This document shows positions 37,154-51,427 of a DNA stretch of 64,000 nucleotides, piece by piece. The stretch comes from Octopus vulgaris (taxonomy: Eukaryota), in the NCBI GenBank assembly GCA_951406725.2, contig OX597820.1, positions 47,368,001 to 47,432,000 of the forward strand. The letters run 5' to 3'. Position numbers and translations under genes: made by a program. Every line of letters begins with the position of its first letter. The first letter of the stretch is position 1. Below the pieces are notes generated by a model, which worked only from the letters and a program-made list of their open reading frames with translations, had not been told where the DNA came from and made no database searches.

Positions 37154-39169
37154 ATGGTTAGATATAATGTAGTTATAGCGGTATAGCAACCAAGTTTCTC
37201 TTACATTAGATAGTATAGCGAATATTTTCTAGTTAGTTTGTTTACCGTTAATGCAATGCTACTTATTATGTTTCCTATTTGAAAATAGATAAAATTATTT
37301 AGCTTTTAAAGTAGGGCTATATAATGATAAAACGGTCACTAACAACTTACTTAAGTGTTATCATTATACGTCAGCCCTAACTACAGCTATATAAACGCCA
37401 TAGAGAAATATACGAACATTAGCGTGAATGATGCTGGATATTATTTTGTGTTCTTTTAACCGCTTTAAAAAAATACAGTTTAATGATTACAGAAATACAT
37501 TTTATATATAGTTGAAGAACGCGAAGAAAGAGAAAACATTTTCTACATTAATTTTTATTATATACATATAGCATTTTTATATTATATACATTTTGAAGAA
37601 AAGTAAATTTTAACTATCTAATTTCTCATTCTAGCTATATTAAATCTCAACAATTCAAACAAAACTTGTTGGATTTTCCTTGGACGTGGCATAAAAAATA
37701 ACCAATGTCTCAAAGGAGTGAGTGTCGAGGAGTTTAGTTACATCCAACAAACACTGAAGTTTTTCCAAAATCCAGGGATTTTATAACTGCTCAACTTGAC
37801 TTTAAAGAATCGAAATCACATACAAATATTCTTTAACTAATTCATATATATGAGCAGTTATATTAACCGATGGAAAAACGACAATCATATTTCTTCGGCA
37901 ATACGACATTATGTCATGTTGCCAGCTACCACAAATTGGCGCTCTTATTTAAAAATGGCTACATGCTACATAGTCATATTCCATTTTATGACGCTCTGAT
38001 GATGTATTCACTCTTCTGCAGGAATACATTTGATTCGAGAAATACACTTCATATGCGGGGTTTTGTATTTATGTTTAATGGAGTGTATGATGTACTTACT
38101 GTGCCTTATTTTTGTCTATATTGTCCAATGTTTTTGACTATCAATTTATAAGAACATTCGATGTTGTTTTGAAGATAATTTTTTTTTATTATATAGTGTT
38201 GGTTATCAACGATTACGAATATACAGATAGAAACAGATGTCAGTCTTGAAATCACTTCTTAGAAGGAGATTTAGGTTCTCGACCAGAAAGAAACACAACA
38301 TCCTATTAAAAGTTTATAAACCATAAATAAAATGTATGACATGAATCAAAGGTATACGAATGATAGGTGAACGTATTATGTAAACCTTAAAAGCAGGATC
38401 CAAAAGAATTCTCCAAGCCTTAAATTAATCGGAGTCATATACACCTTGCCTTGGGCCTTAAATCCCTGACGGGTCATCAACTCCCAAGCTACATTGTATG
38501 TTATAAAGGTAAGTCTTGGACAGTTTTAGATCTAGCGGAGCTCGTCTTCCTCCAAGTTGGACCACTGCATGTTCTTTTCCGGAAAGAGAAAAAGAGAGAA
38601 GAGAGGATGAGAGAGAGAGAGGGAGAGAGAAAGGGATAGAAAGAGAAAGAAATAGAGAGAGAGAAAGAGGTAGAGAGAGAGAGAGATGGGAGAGAGAGAA
38701 AGAAAGCGATAGAGAGATAGATAGAGTGAAAGAGAGAAAGTGAGAGAGAGAACAAAGTATTGAAGTCAGTACACGACTGTTATTTTATTTATCAAGCCCC
38801 AAAAGATGAAAGGTACAGTTGAACCCCGATGCAATTTGAACTCGCAATGAAAAAAAAAAAAAGAAAAAAAGAAAAAAAGCCAGAATACTGCAAGACAATC
38901 TATCCGCACCACTCAGTCAGTTCACTGCTTTAATGATATACCACCAAAACACTGAAATTATATATGTAAAAAAAAAATCTTAACACCAACAATAAGCTAC
39001 AAACATGTAAACTCGCGAACAAGCTACATATATGTCAAATACGGTTTACGAATTTGACTGTAAACGTAAAATTACAAAATTTACGACTTACTACAATTAT
39101 TGGACAGACAAGCACGATACACACAAGCTGCTTCTTCAGACAATGAGTAATTGCAATGCACTAAACCAA

Positions 39170-39302
<133 letters not shown>

Positions 39303-39591
39303 AATATATATATTTATATCTAGATAGGGAACATAAGTACATAAGACACACACGCATGCACGCACACAGACACACGCATACATATACACCAGCACACATA
39401 CATTGCTCATACGTACACACACGGTCATACATAGCTGTTCGAAGGGTTAGTAGTACATTTACTTGTTAGCTACTATCAAGAAGAAAAGGAAAAAAAAAAA
39501 ATTCGAGATATTATTACGTCGCGGATCAATATTTGTTTATTAAATCGTTTCTTTACAAACTACAGTGTGTTTCAATTTCAACGAAATAATT

Positions 39592-39631
<40 letters not shown>

Positions 39632-39730
39632 ACACACACACAAAGTCAGCAGACATGTATACGTGTGTGCATGTACGTATGTATGTATGAATGTATATAT
39701 TATGTGTGTGTGTGTATTAGTCTGTGAATG

Positions 39731-39777
<47 letters not shown>

Positions 39778-39888
39778 TGTATACATATATTCTACATATA
39801 TTCTATTCTATCATTATATACATACATACACATGTGTATATATATATGTATGTATATATGTATGTATATATATATATATGTATATATG

Positions 39889-39927
<39 letters not shown>

Positions 39928-39982
39928 ATGATATATATTCTAAAAAAATTATATCATATATATATATATGTATGTATATATG

Positions 39983-40029
<47 letters not shown>

Positions 40030-40134
40030 ATATATATATATATATATATAACTAATGATATATATTGTAAAAAATTTATATCATATATATATATATAATT
40101 ATATATATATATGTATATATGTATGTATATATAT

Positions 40135-40200
<66 letters not shown>

Positions 40201-41019
40201 GTAGACAAACACACGCCTATTAAACAAGATTCATTCGCAGCTGTACACCAATTTGAAAGGGTAAAAAAACACTCCAGCAAAGCTGATATGTTTCTAAACA
40301 CGTATACATCACTTAGTATTTAGATATCGATTTCTTTAATCTTAAATAAGTGTTTTTATTCAATTTAGTATTTAATATTATTTATATTAAAAACGGTATT
40401 TGATTGGCAGGCTGGGTAATGAATCGAACATAAAGCTGCGTCAAATTCAGTTACGTCCCTTTAAAATTCTGAGCTTGACTTTGCCTTTCAACCTTCTTGG
40501 ATCAATAATATAATTACTGAATCACTTTTATCTTTACCAAATTTCTGGTGTTGTGCTTCATTTACAAATCAATAACGTTTATATTTTAAAAAAACAAAAG
40601 CAAAAAAAAAAAAAAAAAACTAACAAAAACATAAACACACAGAAAAACAAACAAAAAAAAAGAACAAAACAATGACTAAAAAAAGCCAACTTAAAACCTT
40701 AACCACTAAATGACACATTCTGAATTTAAAAGCTACAGAAGTCATCTTTGATTGTTTCCATTCTGGGGTCGATAAAATATGCACCATTATAGTACCCCGG
40801 TCAATAAAATAAATACAAGTTGCAAGCGTAGTTGTATGTTTTTGTGGTTCGCTTTTCGACCACATTGTGTGGTGTTCGTTATTATTACAACGCAGCTTAG
40901 TTAACTGCTTTTTTTTTTTTTTACCATGGTCTTAAGTTGGCTTAATGACTTGTAGAGTTCGGTATACGGAAACTACGCAAGAATATGTCGCACACATACA
41001 CACACACGTAAGTTTCGGT

Positions 41020-41414
41020 CAGAAGTGGTCCAGGCCATGTCTAACTTAATAGCACCACCAGGAAAAAAAACATTTAATTTTGTTTCATATTACAGTCTAT
41101 CTTTGGGCACCATAGCCCATTCGAATAAAGGGTACTTGCTTTGGTGTAGGTGGTTTCTCTGGAATTTGTTGGAGATAGTCATCCAGTAACTGTTAGAATG
41201 TTATGAGATCGTTTGCTCCTCTTATGTATCTTGGCATGATATTAAAGAAAGCAGGGCCTGTTGAGGTGAAATAGTTCTTAGAGTTGTGATGTGACGCAAA
41301 CATGATTTTTGTAGAGGATGGATGACACGAAGAACAAGTTTAGGGGGAATTTTAAAGCTGAAGCCAACATCATTTGAGCAACGCTATTGGAATATTTTCT
41401 ATATCATATCAATA
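41020..41414 (-). mobile_element. 3' end of decayed CR1-group LINE, continuing past the mariner at ~42690-42900
   Basis: YFTSTGPAFFNIMPRYIR...F.QLLDDYLQQIPEKP resembles the same C-terminal motif as 270-745. Confidence 0.6.
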
Positions 41415-41416
41415 TA

Positions 41417-42680
41417 TTATGTCGTCAAGTATGAAATTTGTAGAAGAGAAAAAAAAAAGTTTGCTAATATTTTATAAATACAAGGAATAGTTTTATTCAT
41501 TAAAGTATGCACCCATATTGTCAATACACTTTTGCCATTTCAGCGGTAGCTTGTCCATCTCGGAACTGTAAAAGACTGGCAATCTAGAGTCAAGAAAATC
41601 TTGGAAGGCCTGTTTTATAGCATCGTCGGAACTGAATTTTTTTCCTATCAAAAACTTATCCAAATTCTGGAAGAAGTGGTAGTGGTAATCAGTGAGGGCA
41701 AAATCAGGTGAGTATGGTGGATGATGGACAACTTCCAACTTCAACTCCTGTAGTTTCGCCAATGTCATTTTTGCGATGTGTGCTCTGGCGTTGTATTGCA
41801 ATAAAATAGGAGTGGATCTATTGACTAATCTAGGCTGTTTATTTGTAAGTTTCTTCATCATTTGGTCCAGTTGGCTGCAGTATACTTCGGCCGTGATTTA
41901 TGAGCCAAGTTTAATGAAATCATAATGTATCACACCTGCGGCAAACCACCAAACATACACCATCAAGCTTCTTTTGATGAATTTTGCTATTTAGACTGTG
42001 TTTTTGGTGGCTCGTCTTTGTCCAACCGTTCTGCTGAACGCTTACGGTTGTTGTATTGGATCCATTTCTCATCACATGATACAATTCGATTATAAAATGA
42101 TTAATTTTTGTGACGAGAAAGTAGCTGTTTCTGATTTTCAACGTTGCTGTTTCTGATTTTCATGGAGTTCATGTGGAACCCACTTATCCAACTTTTTCAC
42201 TTTACCGATTTGAGCTAGGTGAGCCAATATTGTTTGCTTGTTAACACCAAACAACAACGATAATTCACGGGCACTTTGAGATGGATCTGACGCGATGTTG
42301 GCTTTCAGTTCGTCATTATCCACCATTGTTTCTGGTCGACCGCGTTGCACATTTGTGACGTCAAAGTTACCAGAACGAAATTTTGCAAACCAATTTGATA
42401 CTGTCTGCTGTGTAATAACATTAGAGTGAGATGCTCCATTATTATTCCGAGCTGTCTGTGATTTCAAAACTGTACGAATTTCCGACTTATCCATCTCTAA
42501 ACAAAAATAGCAGAAAACGATTTATAAATACTTCATAAAGCGCAAAATGAATTAGAATAAAGAAATAGATGTGTCAGCTTTCTAACAATAAATATTGTCA
42601 AAATATAATAATGGCGCAAAATGAGCAGCTGTCACAGTTTACCAATTACTTTATTACAGATTTCATACTTCATGACCGAA
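41417..42680 (-). mobile_element. Full-length decayed mariner transposon
   Basis: WVPHEL and HPPYSPDFA motifs in ORFs 42138..42494 and 41493..41861; imperfect ~26-bp TIRs (ttatgtcgtcaagtatgaaatttgta / tacagatttcatacttcatgaccgaa) flanked by TA; ~1.26 kb. Confidence 0.92.
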
Positions 42681-43051
42681 TATCTTTCTATATATTTATA
42701 TCATTTGCGATTGTGTATTGACGAAAGATTTAAACGTCAGCGAGAAAAGGAAAATTCCAGGACAGACAATCCTTTGCTATAACTGCTATCAGAAATGCAG
42801 TGAATCAGTAATTATTTGAAAATCTGTAAATAGATGTTTGGCTACATTAAATTGTTTACTAAATGTAATGTAAAGCAAAGGTAAAACAAATAAGCATTGC
42901 ATCTATAAAGTAAGTTATAGTTCAAGAACTAGTGTGAATAAAATAAGGATTGAGAACTGGTATCGGTATAATAAGTAGAGGTCAAGAACTGGTATGAATA
43001 TAATAACGGTTAAGAACTGGTGTCAGTAAAATAAGAAGCGTTAAAGAAATG

Positions 43052-43280
43052 CTCTTTTACTCTTTTACTTGTTTCAGTCATTTGACTGCGGCCATGCTGG
43101 AGCACCGTCTTTAGTCGAGAAAATCGACCCCAGGACTTATTCTTTGTAAGCCTAGTACTTATTATATCGGTCTTTTTTGCCGAACCGCTAAATTACGGGG
43201 ACGTAAACACACCAGCATCGGTTGTCAAGCGATGTTGGGGGGGGAGGACAAACACAGACACACAAATACACACACACACA

Positions 43281-43315
<35 letters not shown>

Positions 43316-43490
43316 CATATATGCGATTGGCTTCTTTCAGTTTCCGTCTACCAAATCCACTCACAAGGCTTTAGTCGGCCCGAGGCTATAGTAGAAGACA
43401 CTTGCCCAAAGTTCCACGCAGTGGAACTGAACCCGGAACCATGTGGTTGGTAAGCAACCTACTTACCACACAGCCACTCCTGCCACTCCT
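43052..43490 (-). mobile_element. SINE family A, full length
   Basis: tRNA-like head, CORE-like segment, internal (CA)n, tail with (aaagagt) repeats. Confidence 0.9.
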
Positions 43491-43505
43491 GCTGTGAATA
43501 ATATT

Positions 43506-43720
43506 GATTTCAAATTTTGGCACAAGGCCAGTAATTTTCGGGGGAGGGGGTAAGTCGATTACATCGACTCCAGTGTTTAAGTGATACTTATTTTATCGAC
43601 CTCGAAAGGATGAAAGGCAAAGTCGACGTCGGTGGAATTTGAACTCAGAGCACAAAGACGGACGAAATGCCGCTAAGTATTTTACCCGTCGCTAACGATT
43701 CTGCCAGCTCGCCGACTTAA
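43506..43720 (-). mobile_element. SINE family B with 16-bp TSD
   Basis: tgctgtgaataatatt at 43490-43505 and 43721-43736. Confidence 0.9.
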
Positions 43721-44255
43721 TGCTGTGAATAATATTAATTGATAATGGTATCAATATATTTAGTATCGGCCAAGACTTGGAATCAATAGAATATGGAGCA
43801 GTCAAGAAAGGTATGAATAAAATAAGGAGTCAAGAACTGATTTCATATAAGTCCTAGTTAAGAACACGTATCAGTAGAATAAACACCGGTCAACAAACAA
43901 TTGATATCCATGAAATAAGTAGCGGTCAAGAACTGCGGTCAGTATCATACATAGAGGTCAGGGATTAGTTTGAATAAAATAAAAAGCGGTCCAAAACTGA
44001 TCTCAGTTTGATTGTTCCGACCCATGAAATACCAGAACTGACGTTTTTACAGCCATCACTCCTAGCTAACGTGGAATCTCTAGGTGGTTTAATGACCTGC
44101 TACAAATAATAAAAAAAATTTAAAAAACCTAAAAAAAAAAACAAAAACAAAAAAGAACTCTCTTGATTCATTCTAGGTAATGTCATTGGTCACAAAGCAT
44201 AGTGACCACTAACACTAATCTTATTATATTCAGAACGAATATAATAATAATGATG

Positions 44256-44293
<38 letters not shown>

Positions 44294-44313
44294 CATAATA
44301 ATAATAATAATAA

Positions 44314-44416
<103 letters not shown>

Positions 44417-44442
44417 AATAATAATAATAATAATAATAATAA

Positions 44443-46167
44443 TCATCATCATCATTGTTCGACCGTGGTCGAGACAATGGAATTTACTATGTTACGCCAG
44501 ACTTCACGGTCTATCATAGCATTACGGAGGTCCTGTTGCTGGATGCCTGTATCCCTGGAGATTACATCAGGGTAGGAGAGTGTGCGCCCTCTGGTATTGC
44601 GAGTAGATGGCTTCCAGAGGAGAAGAGTAGAAATTACTTCTTTTTCAGCTCTACAACAATGTCCAGCAAACTGGACTCTCCTACCTTTCACAAGAGATGA
44701 CACAGGTGGTAGTTTCCCATATATTTGCATTTTGGTTGGATGGCGCTTCCACGAGAGATTTTGAGCTCTCATAAGGAGGCGAGTGTAGGTTCCATCCAAC
44801 CGCCTCTCAAGCTTCTTTGATAACGTCCAGGTTTCTGAGCCATATAGTAGAATTGGTTCGACTGTGGCTTTGAATATTTCAAGTTTGAAGTCTCTACTTA
44901 GATTTGATGACCAGATCTTATGCATGTCATTACAGGCTGACCAGGCCATACCCTTTCTAGTTAGAAAGTCTTTTCCAGATGATGATATGTATGACCCAAG
45001 ATATTTATAATCAGAAACCATATTTAAAGGCGCACTGTTGAGAGTATGGATGATGCAATCACTGTTGGACAGGCACTTGTTTATGTATTCAGTTTTGGCC
45101 TCATTGAGGTAAAGACCTACACAATTTGAGGCTTGTTCAAGAGATTGTAAAAGAGACTGGGCATTGGAGAGAGAATCACTGATAAGAGCGATGTCGTCAG
45201 CAAAGTCAGTGTCTGTCAAGTACTCAGCTGGGTGTCTGGAACTTCTTCTTGGTTTTATTTCAAAGCCCTTGCCAGAGATGGTATCAACTGACATACGTAG
45301 CACATAATCAACAACAATGATGAAAAAAATGGGGCGAGTGTGTCTCCCTGCAGTATTCCGGCTTTGATTGAGAAAGATGATGTTTCTCCATCAGGGGTTA
45401 AGATGGTTGAAGACGTATCTGTGTAGAGGACCTTGATGGCAGAAATAATTTTGTCTGGTATCCCATAGAGCTTAAGGATTTCAAACATCTTGTACCTATC
45501 TACAGAATCGAACGCTTTAGAAAAGTCTACAAATACCATTGCAAGATCGCGATTAAATGCTTTTGATTCTTCAATAAGTCTGCGCAGGCATAGTATCTGG
45601 CTCAGCGTTGAGCGCCCATGTCTGAATCCATTTTGGTTCTTTCGGAGCAAAGGTTCAACAAAATGGACAAGACGATTTAGGATCAGTTTGTTGTACAGTT
45701 TTGCAGCAATTGACATTAGAGATATACCCCTGTAGTTGGTGACGAGGGATAAATCGCCTTTTTTGGGTATTGGAATGATTTGAGATTGGTGCCAAATCTT
45801 TGGAGCGACAAAGGTGGAAAGTGTGTGGTTGCAGAGGTTGAGCAAAAGTGTGTGAAATCTATCATCCTTTTAAATTACAGATGGGATGTTGTCGGGACCA
45901 AATGCTTTCGAGGCTTTTAGTTGCTTGGTGGCTGCTGTTAGTTCAAATATGGTAAAAGGGGAGGTGTTGATGTCCAGCGTGTCTGATATAGGCACACTTG
46001 GAAGAGTGGGGTTATCAGGGATTTTGGCATTCTTCCCAAGGAGGTTTTTAAAATGGGTTGACCAATTTTCTAAACGCTTCTTAGCTGATCCCCCTTTAAT
46101 TCTAATTGATAACCCAGAATTTTTGCCTGATAGGTCTTTGATGGATTTCCAGGCGAGATGGTGTTTT
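44443..46167 (-). mobile_element. Young 5'-truncated RTE-group LINE (RT domain) with (TGA)n tail, within (AAT)n
   Basis: IPKKGDLS..NYRGISL, QNGFR, FVDFSKAFDSV, GILQGDTLAP, FADD, LLYGSETW; one frameshift near 45325 and one stop near 45870. Confidence 0.92.
44452..45845 (-). pseudogene. Reverse transcriptase split into ORFs 45255..45845 and 44452..45303
   Basis: Consecutive RT subdomains on either side of a single frameshift in a T-run. Confidence 0.9.
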
Positions 46168-46171
46168 TTAC

Positions 46172-46219
<48 letters not shown>

Positions 46220-46937
46220 TGATGATGATGATGATAGTAAGTCACTAATATGACCATCTGTATCATCAGGACTGGTGCTACCAATATCACAACCGCGTCA
46301 CCACTAATGCCAACGCTAATACTTGACCATCTCTAAAATCTCTACAAACACCTCCAAACCAACTCCACCGACACTAACACCACAAATACCACGATCACCG
46401 CCACCATCATCACTACCGTCACCATCATTACCACGACTATTATTATCACCACTACGCGAGTTTAAATGTCCTTTTCGTCTTATCGGGACTTCAAGAACTC
46501 TGAGAAGAAAAAATTAAAAACACATGTACGAAAGGTTTAAAAGATGTATAAAAAAAATACAAAGAACATATGACAGTGATATGCAAGATATAAAAGATAT
46601 ATAAGAATGATATAAAAGTAAATAAAAGAAAGATATGAATGACATATAGGAATCATAAAAAAAGCATAGCATATAAAACATAAATAACATATAAAACCGA
46701 TATAAAAGTCATATAACAAAGATGTAAATGACGTATAAAAATGATATCAAAGATATTTAAGAAAAGTATAAAAGATGTACAAGAACAGTATAAAAGACAT
46801 ATAAGAAAGATATAAACGGCATACAAGAGAGGTATAATGTTCTACTTTCAGTCTTTTGTTTTCTACCTCTTTGATTCTTCAATCAATAAATGTTATCTTA
46901 GTGCAGTTTAACTGGATATAGTAATTCGCTCCAAAGT

Positions 46938-46984
<47 letters not shown>

Positions 46985-47083
46985 CCTATTCCATTCCACA
47001 GAAATAAAATGTAAACGTTTAATGAATGAATAAGTACAAGACAGAAATGGAGGAATAAAAAGAGAGAACAAGAACAGGAACAG

Positions 47084-47121
<38 letters not shown>

Positions 47122-47257
47122 ATAACAACAACAACAACAATAACAGTAACAGAAACAAAATGAATTCGGCAAACTAAAAGAATGAAAGCAGAAAGAAAGA
47201 TGAAGCTGAAACGGAGGAAAGCGAGTCAAATGTAAGAAACAAAATTAATATAAGATC

Positions 47258-47317
<60 letters not shown>

Positions 47318-48655
47318 CAAAATCAAACGTAAACCAGAAGAAATCGAAGAGAAAAAAGGAACGAAAAGGGAAAAGAAAGGAGAAAGCAAGAGAAAAAGAA
47401 AGGAATGCATTGAAGAAATAATGAAAATAGAATTAAAAATAGAAAGAAAGGAAGAAATTGAAAAGGAAGTAAAAATGAAAAGCAAGAAATAAACGCTAAA
47501 ATTAAAACAGCAAAAAAAAAAAAAAAATGAAATAAAGTTAAATTTTCCGAATTCCAAAACTTCCATTAAGAAAAAGACGGGAAATATAATAAAAAGAAGA
47601 CGAATATATTTTAGCTACCGTATGGCTTCTGTCAAAAGTACCCGGGTTGCTACAAATGCTACGGAAACAAAAATTCAAACAAACAGGCGATATTTTAAAA
47701 ACCTCTTCATATTGTCGTCTGCTAACCCACATTTTGTAAAATTTAATTTGATAACAAATTTCCATTCATTAAATGTTCTATTCATATTAATTTTTGATTT
47801 ATTGTTTTTGTTCTTAGGTATTTTTGAAGTTTGCTTTTGTTTTCGTTTATTTGTTTTTTCGTTTTTTCTTTCAGTTTTGTTCGTTTATGTATTTATTATA
47901 TCCATCCGTTCCTTTCTGGTTTCGTTCTGCTCAGTCATACATTGTTTGTAAAAGAAACCCGAGGCAACGACCATTCTTCAGTTTCTGACACAGACTCACA
48001 CAAACTCACACAGTCCGCCCCCCTTCTCCACACTCATATATCTCACGTGTTGCCCGTGGGAGAATATGAACTTAGTTCAGCAACCTAATGAACCAGTCAC
48101 CAGTTACACACTGCATCTTGCTAAATACAGTAGCGAACTGTAATTTCTCTCTTAACTCTAACTGCAAAGTGAACTGGCTTGTTATAAATTAAAGCTCTAT
48201 GCTCCTTTCTATCCAATCAGTCAGCCATCTTGCAGCTCTCTGAAACAAACTTACGTGATATTAAACAAAATAGGACTTCTTTCTTTCTTTCTTTCTTGCT
48301 TTCTTTCTATTTATCATACACACATACACAAACACGCATATATCTCGTTTACCGATCCCATATACACATATACCTCAATAAACCTTCGTGTTTGAAGGCG
48401 GAAAATATTATTTGATAAAATGAACTCTATACAGTTACATCGATTTACCACTAGGGCAGTATTTACCAGTACCTAAAACTTGAGTTACATCTAAGAAATT
48501 ATGTGACGTAGCTGAAGTTCGTTTTTTCCCGTTGGTTTAATTCACAGACACATAAAGTCATAGTACCGACTAATCTAATGAGTCATTGTGCACACTTAGT
48601 GATATCTTTCGTAGGCGAATTAAATTTGCACTGCCTTGGTTCAAATGCACCTACC

Positions 48656-48710
<55 letters not shown>

Positions 48711-48725
48711 TTATCATCATTACTA

Positions 48726-48799
<74 letters not shown>

Positions 48800-49054
48800 A
48801 CTTCATAACATTTTTCTTAATACTTTTTTTTATAGTGTTCGAAGGAAGCTCTAGCTTTCGTTATTACATATAATAATATAAACAATTTATAATTTTTATA
48901 TATTATATATGTAAAGCATAATATGTTATACATGTATGTATATTGTTATAATCGCTTTTTAAAATAAATAAATAAATAAATAAATAAATAGACTTAATAT
49001 TATGTCAAAAAGTTGATGAATATCACCTCTTGATCCCCTCCATTTTCTTATTGT

Positions 49055-49105
<51 letters not shown>

Positions 49106-49242
49106 CACACATATACATACATACACACACATATATATATATAAGGTGGCTATTCGCAATTTAGAACCGAAATGCAACAAGTATAGCCGTACACTAAAGT
49201 GACGGAAGGGTGTCAGCAAGCACTTTAGCGACGACTACATAT

Positions 49243-49301
<59 letters not shown>

Positions 49302-49482
49302 AGGTGAGTATATTCTTCGTAATTGTATGGTATGTATGTATCAATATGTGTGTGTGAGTTTGTGCGCGTGCGTGTTCTACTTTTAATTATTTGAAGTCTT
49401 CCTGTTAGGAAAGAGCAAATTTCTAACAAAGATGCAAAGCGCCATCGCTAGGAAATAGACAAAAACCAAATTTACATTTTAA

Positions 49483-49955
49483 GCGGAATTTGAACTCAAA
49501 ACGTAGCGGCAGACGAAATGCCTATTTCTTTATTACCCACAAGGGGCTAAACACAGAGGGGACAAACAAGGACAGACATAGGTATTAAGTCGATTACATC
49601 GACCCCCAGTGCGTAACTGGTACTTAATTTATCGACCCCGAAAGGATAAAAGGCAAAGTCGACCTCGGTGGAATTTGAACGGCAGACGAAATACCGTTAA
49701 GCATTTCGACCGGTGTGCTAACGTTTCTGCCAGCTCGCCGTCTGGAACGCTGCAGGAAAGATTATTCTTTTCTACTCAAGGCACGAGGCCCGAAATTTTG
49801 GGGGAGAAGGCCAATCGATTAGATCGACCGCAATACGCAACTGGTACATAATTTATCGACTCCGAAAGGATGAAAGGCAAAGTCAACCTCGGCAGAATTT
49901 GAACTCAGAACGTAAAGACTGACGAGCTAACGTTTCTGCCAGCTCCTCGCCTTAT
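49483..49955 (-). mobile_element. Cluster of tandem SINE family B modules
   Basis: Repeated aaaggcaaagtcgacctcgg...gaatttgaactc and ctgccagctcgcc segments. Confidence 0.85.
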
Positions 49956-50009
49956 TGAAGGACACATTGCGTTTTGTAGTCCAAGAACCTCTGAATCGGT
50001 TCAAACGCC

Positions 50010-50302
50010 GAGTTCGACTTTGCCTTTCATCCTTTCGAGGTCGATTAAATAGGTACCAGTTTTGCACTGGGGTCCATATAATCGACTTAATCCGTTTGTC
50101 TGTCCTTGTTTGTCCTCACTGTGTTTAGCCCCTTGTGGGTAGTAAAGAAATAGGTATTTCGTCAGTCTTTATGTTGTAAGTTCAAATTTTGCCGAGGTCG
50201 ACTTTTCCTTTAAATTAAGTACCAGTTGCGTACTGAGATCGATCTAATCGACTGACCCCCTCCCCCAAAACCTCGGTCCTTGTGCCTAGAGTAGAAAAGA
50301 AT
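50010..50302 (+). mobile_element. SINE family B modules in opposite orientation to 49483-49955
   Basis: Reverse complements of ~49490-49665 and ~49765-49850. Confidence 0.85.
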
Positions 50303-50874
50303 ATGTATCCTTCATTTTTTTTAAAGATATTCAGCAATGATTTGAAGGAATTTGCTGTCTTGTAGGTCAAGTGTCTGCATAGAGAGGTTTCCACGCTGTT
50401 TTACGTACTTGAGTTACTGATTGTGTATCTATCTGCAATAATTGTACTAAGCAAAACAGCTTGAATTTAAACATATATTGTCATTTGACATATCTGTATG
50501 TTCTTTGTATATTTCTGTATATTTCTGATGTGCACTCTATGTATCTGTCGTTATACGTTTGTATGTTTACGTTGCGTGTTACTATATATATGTATATTTG
50601 TACTAAGTAGGACATCTGCATATTTTCATCTGTTGTGTATGTGTATTGTTGTATAAATGTATGAGTATAGTTGTGCGTAGTGTGGTATGTATACGTGCGT
50701 GTTTATAGTATATTTGATACGGTAAATTAGTTCACTGGGGACAGGTATTGCTTAATTAACGATGTTGTTTATCACGCACAAATTAATGAGAATTGATTAT
50801 CGGATGTTAAATACAGTTTCATTCGCTATCATATGACCATAGACTATATATAAACACATACATATATCAACACA

Positions 50875-50980
<106 letters not shown>

Positions 50981-51383
50981 ATATCTGCTTGAATATATAT
51001 ATACGCCAGCTAAACTTGTTGTACTGTTATTAGTCGTAAGACACCTGCTGTTTTCGTCCTGTTTTTATCATTATTGCTTTTTGTATTTCATTTTTGTTTT
51101 TTGTATTTCATTATTGTTTTTTGTATTTCATATTCGTGTGGCATCGTCCGTTTTTCTGTCCCCATTTCGTATACATTCGATCCTTCTTCCAAGAAATTTA
51201 ATGCTCGTAGCTTAGTTTTTCCTGGGGGCTGGCCGGATCGGAGCGATCTCAAGATTAATCAGCCGAAATTGCTACGATGATCCGGTTCTTGACTGAAGAT
51301 TGAGGGCTTCGAATGTCCCGTCCGTGTTTTTTGTATCGTCTTCTAAGTGTTTTGCGTTCTTGTCCCAGTTTGTATTTTTCTAC

Positions 51384-51427
<44 letters not shown>

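Noticed and set aside
41493-42494. Domesticated SETMAR-like gene
   Set aside because: Frameshifts, altered catalytic motifs, TIRs present, no SET domain.
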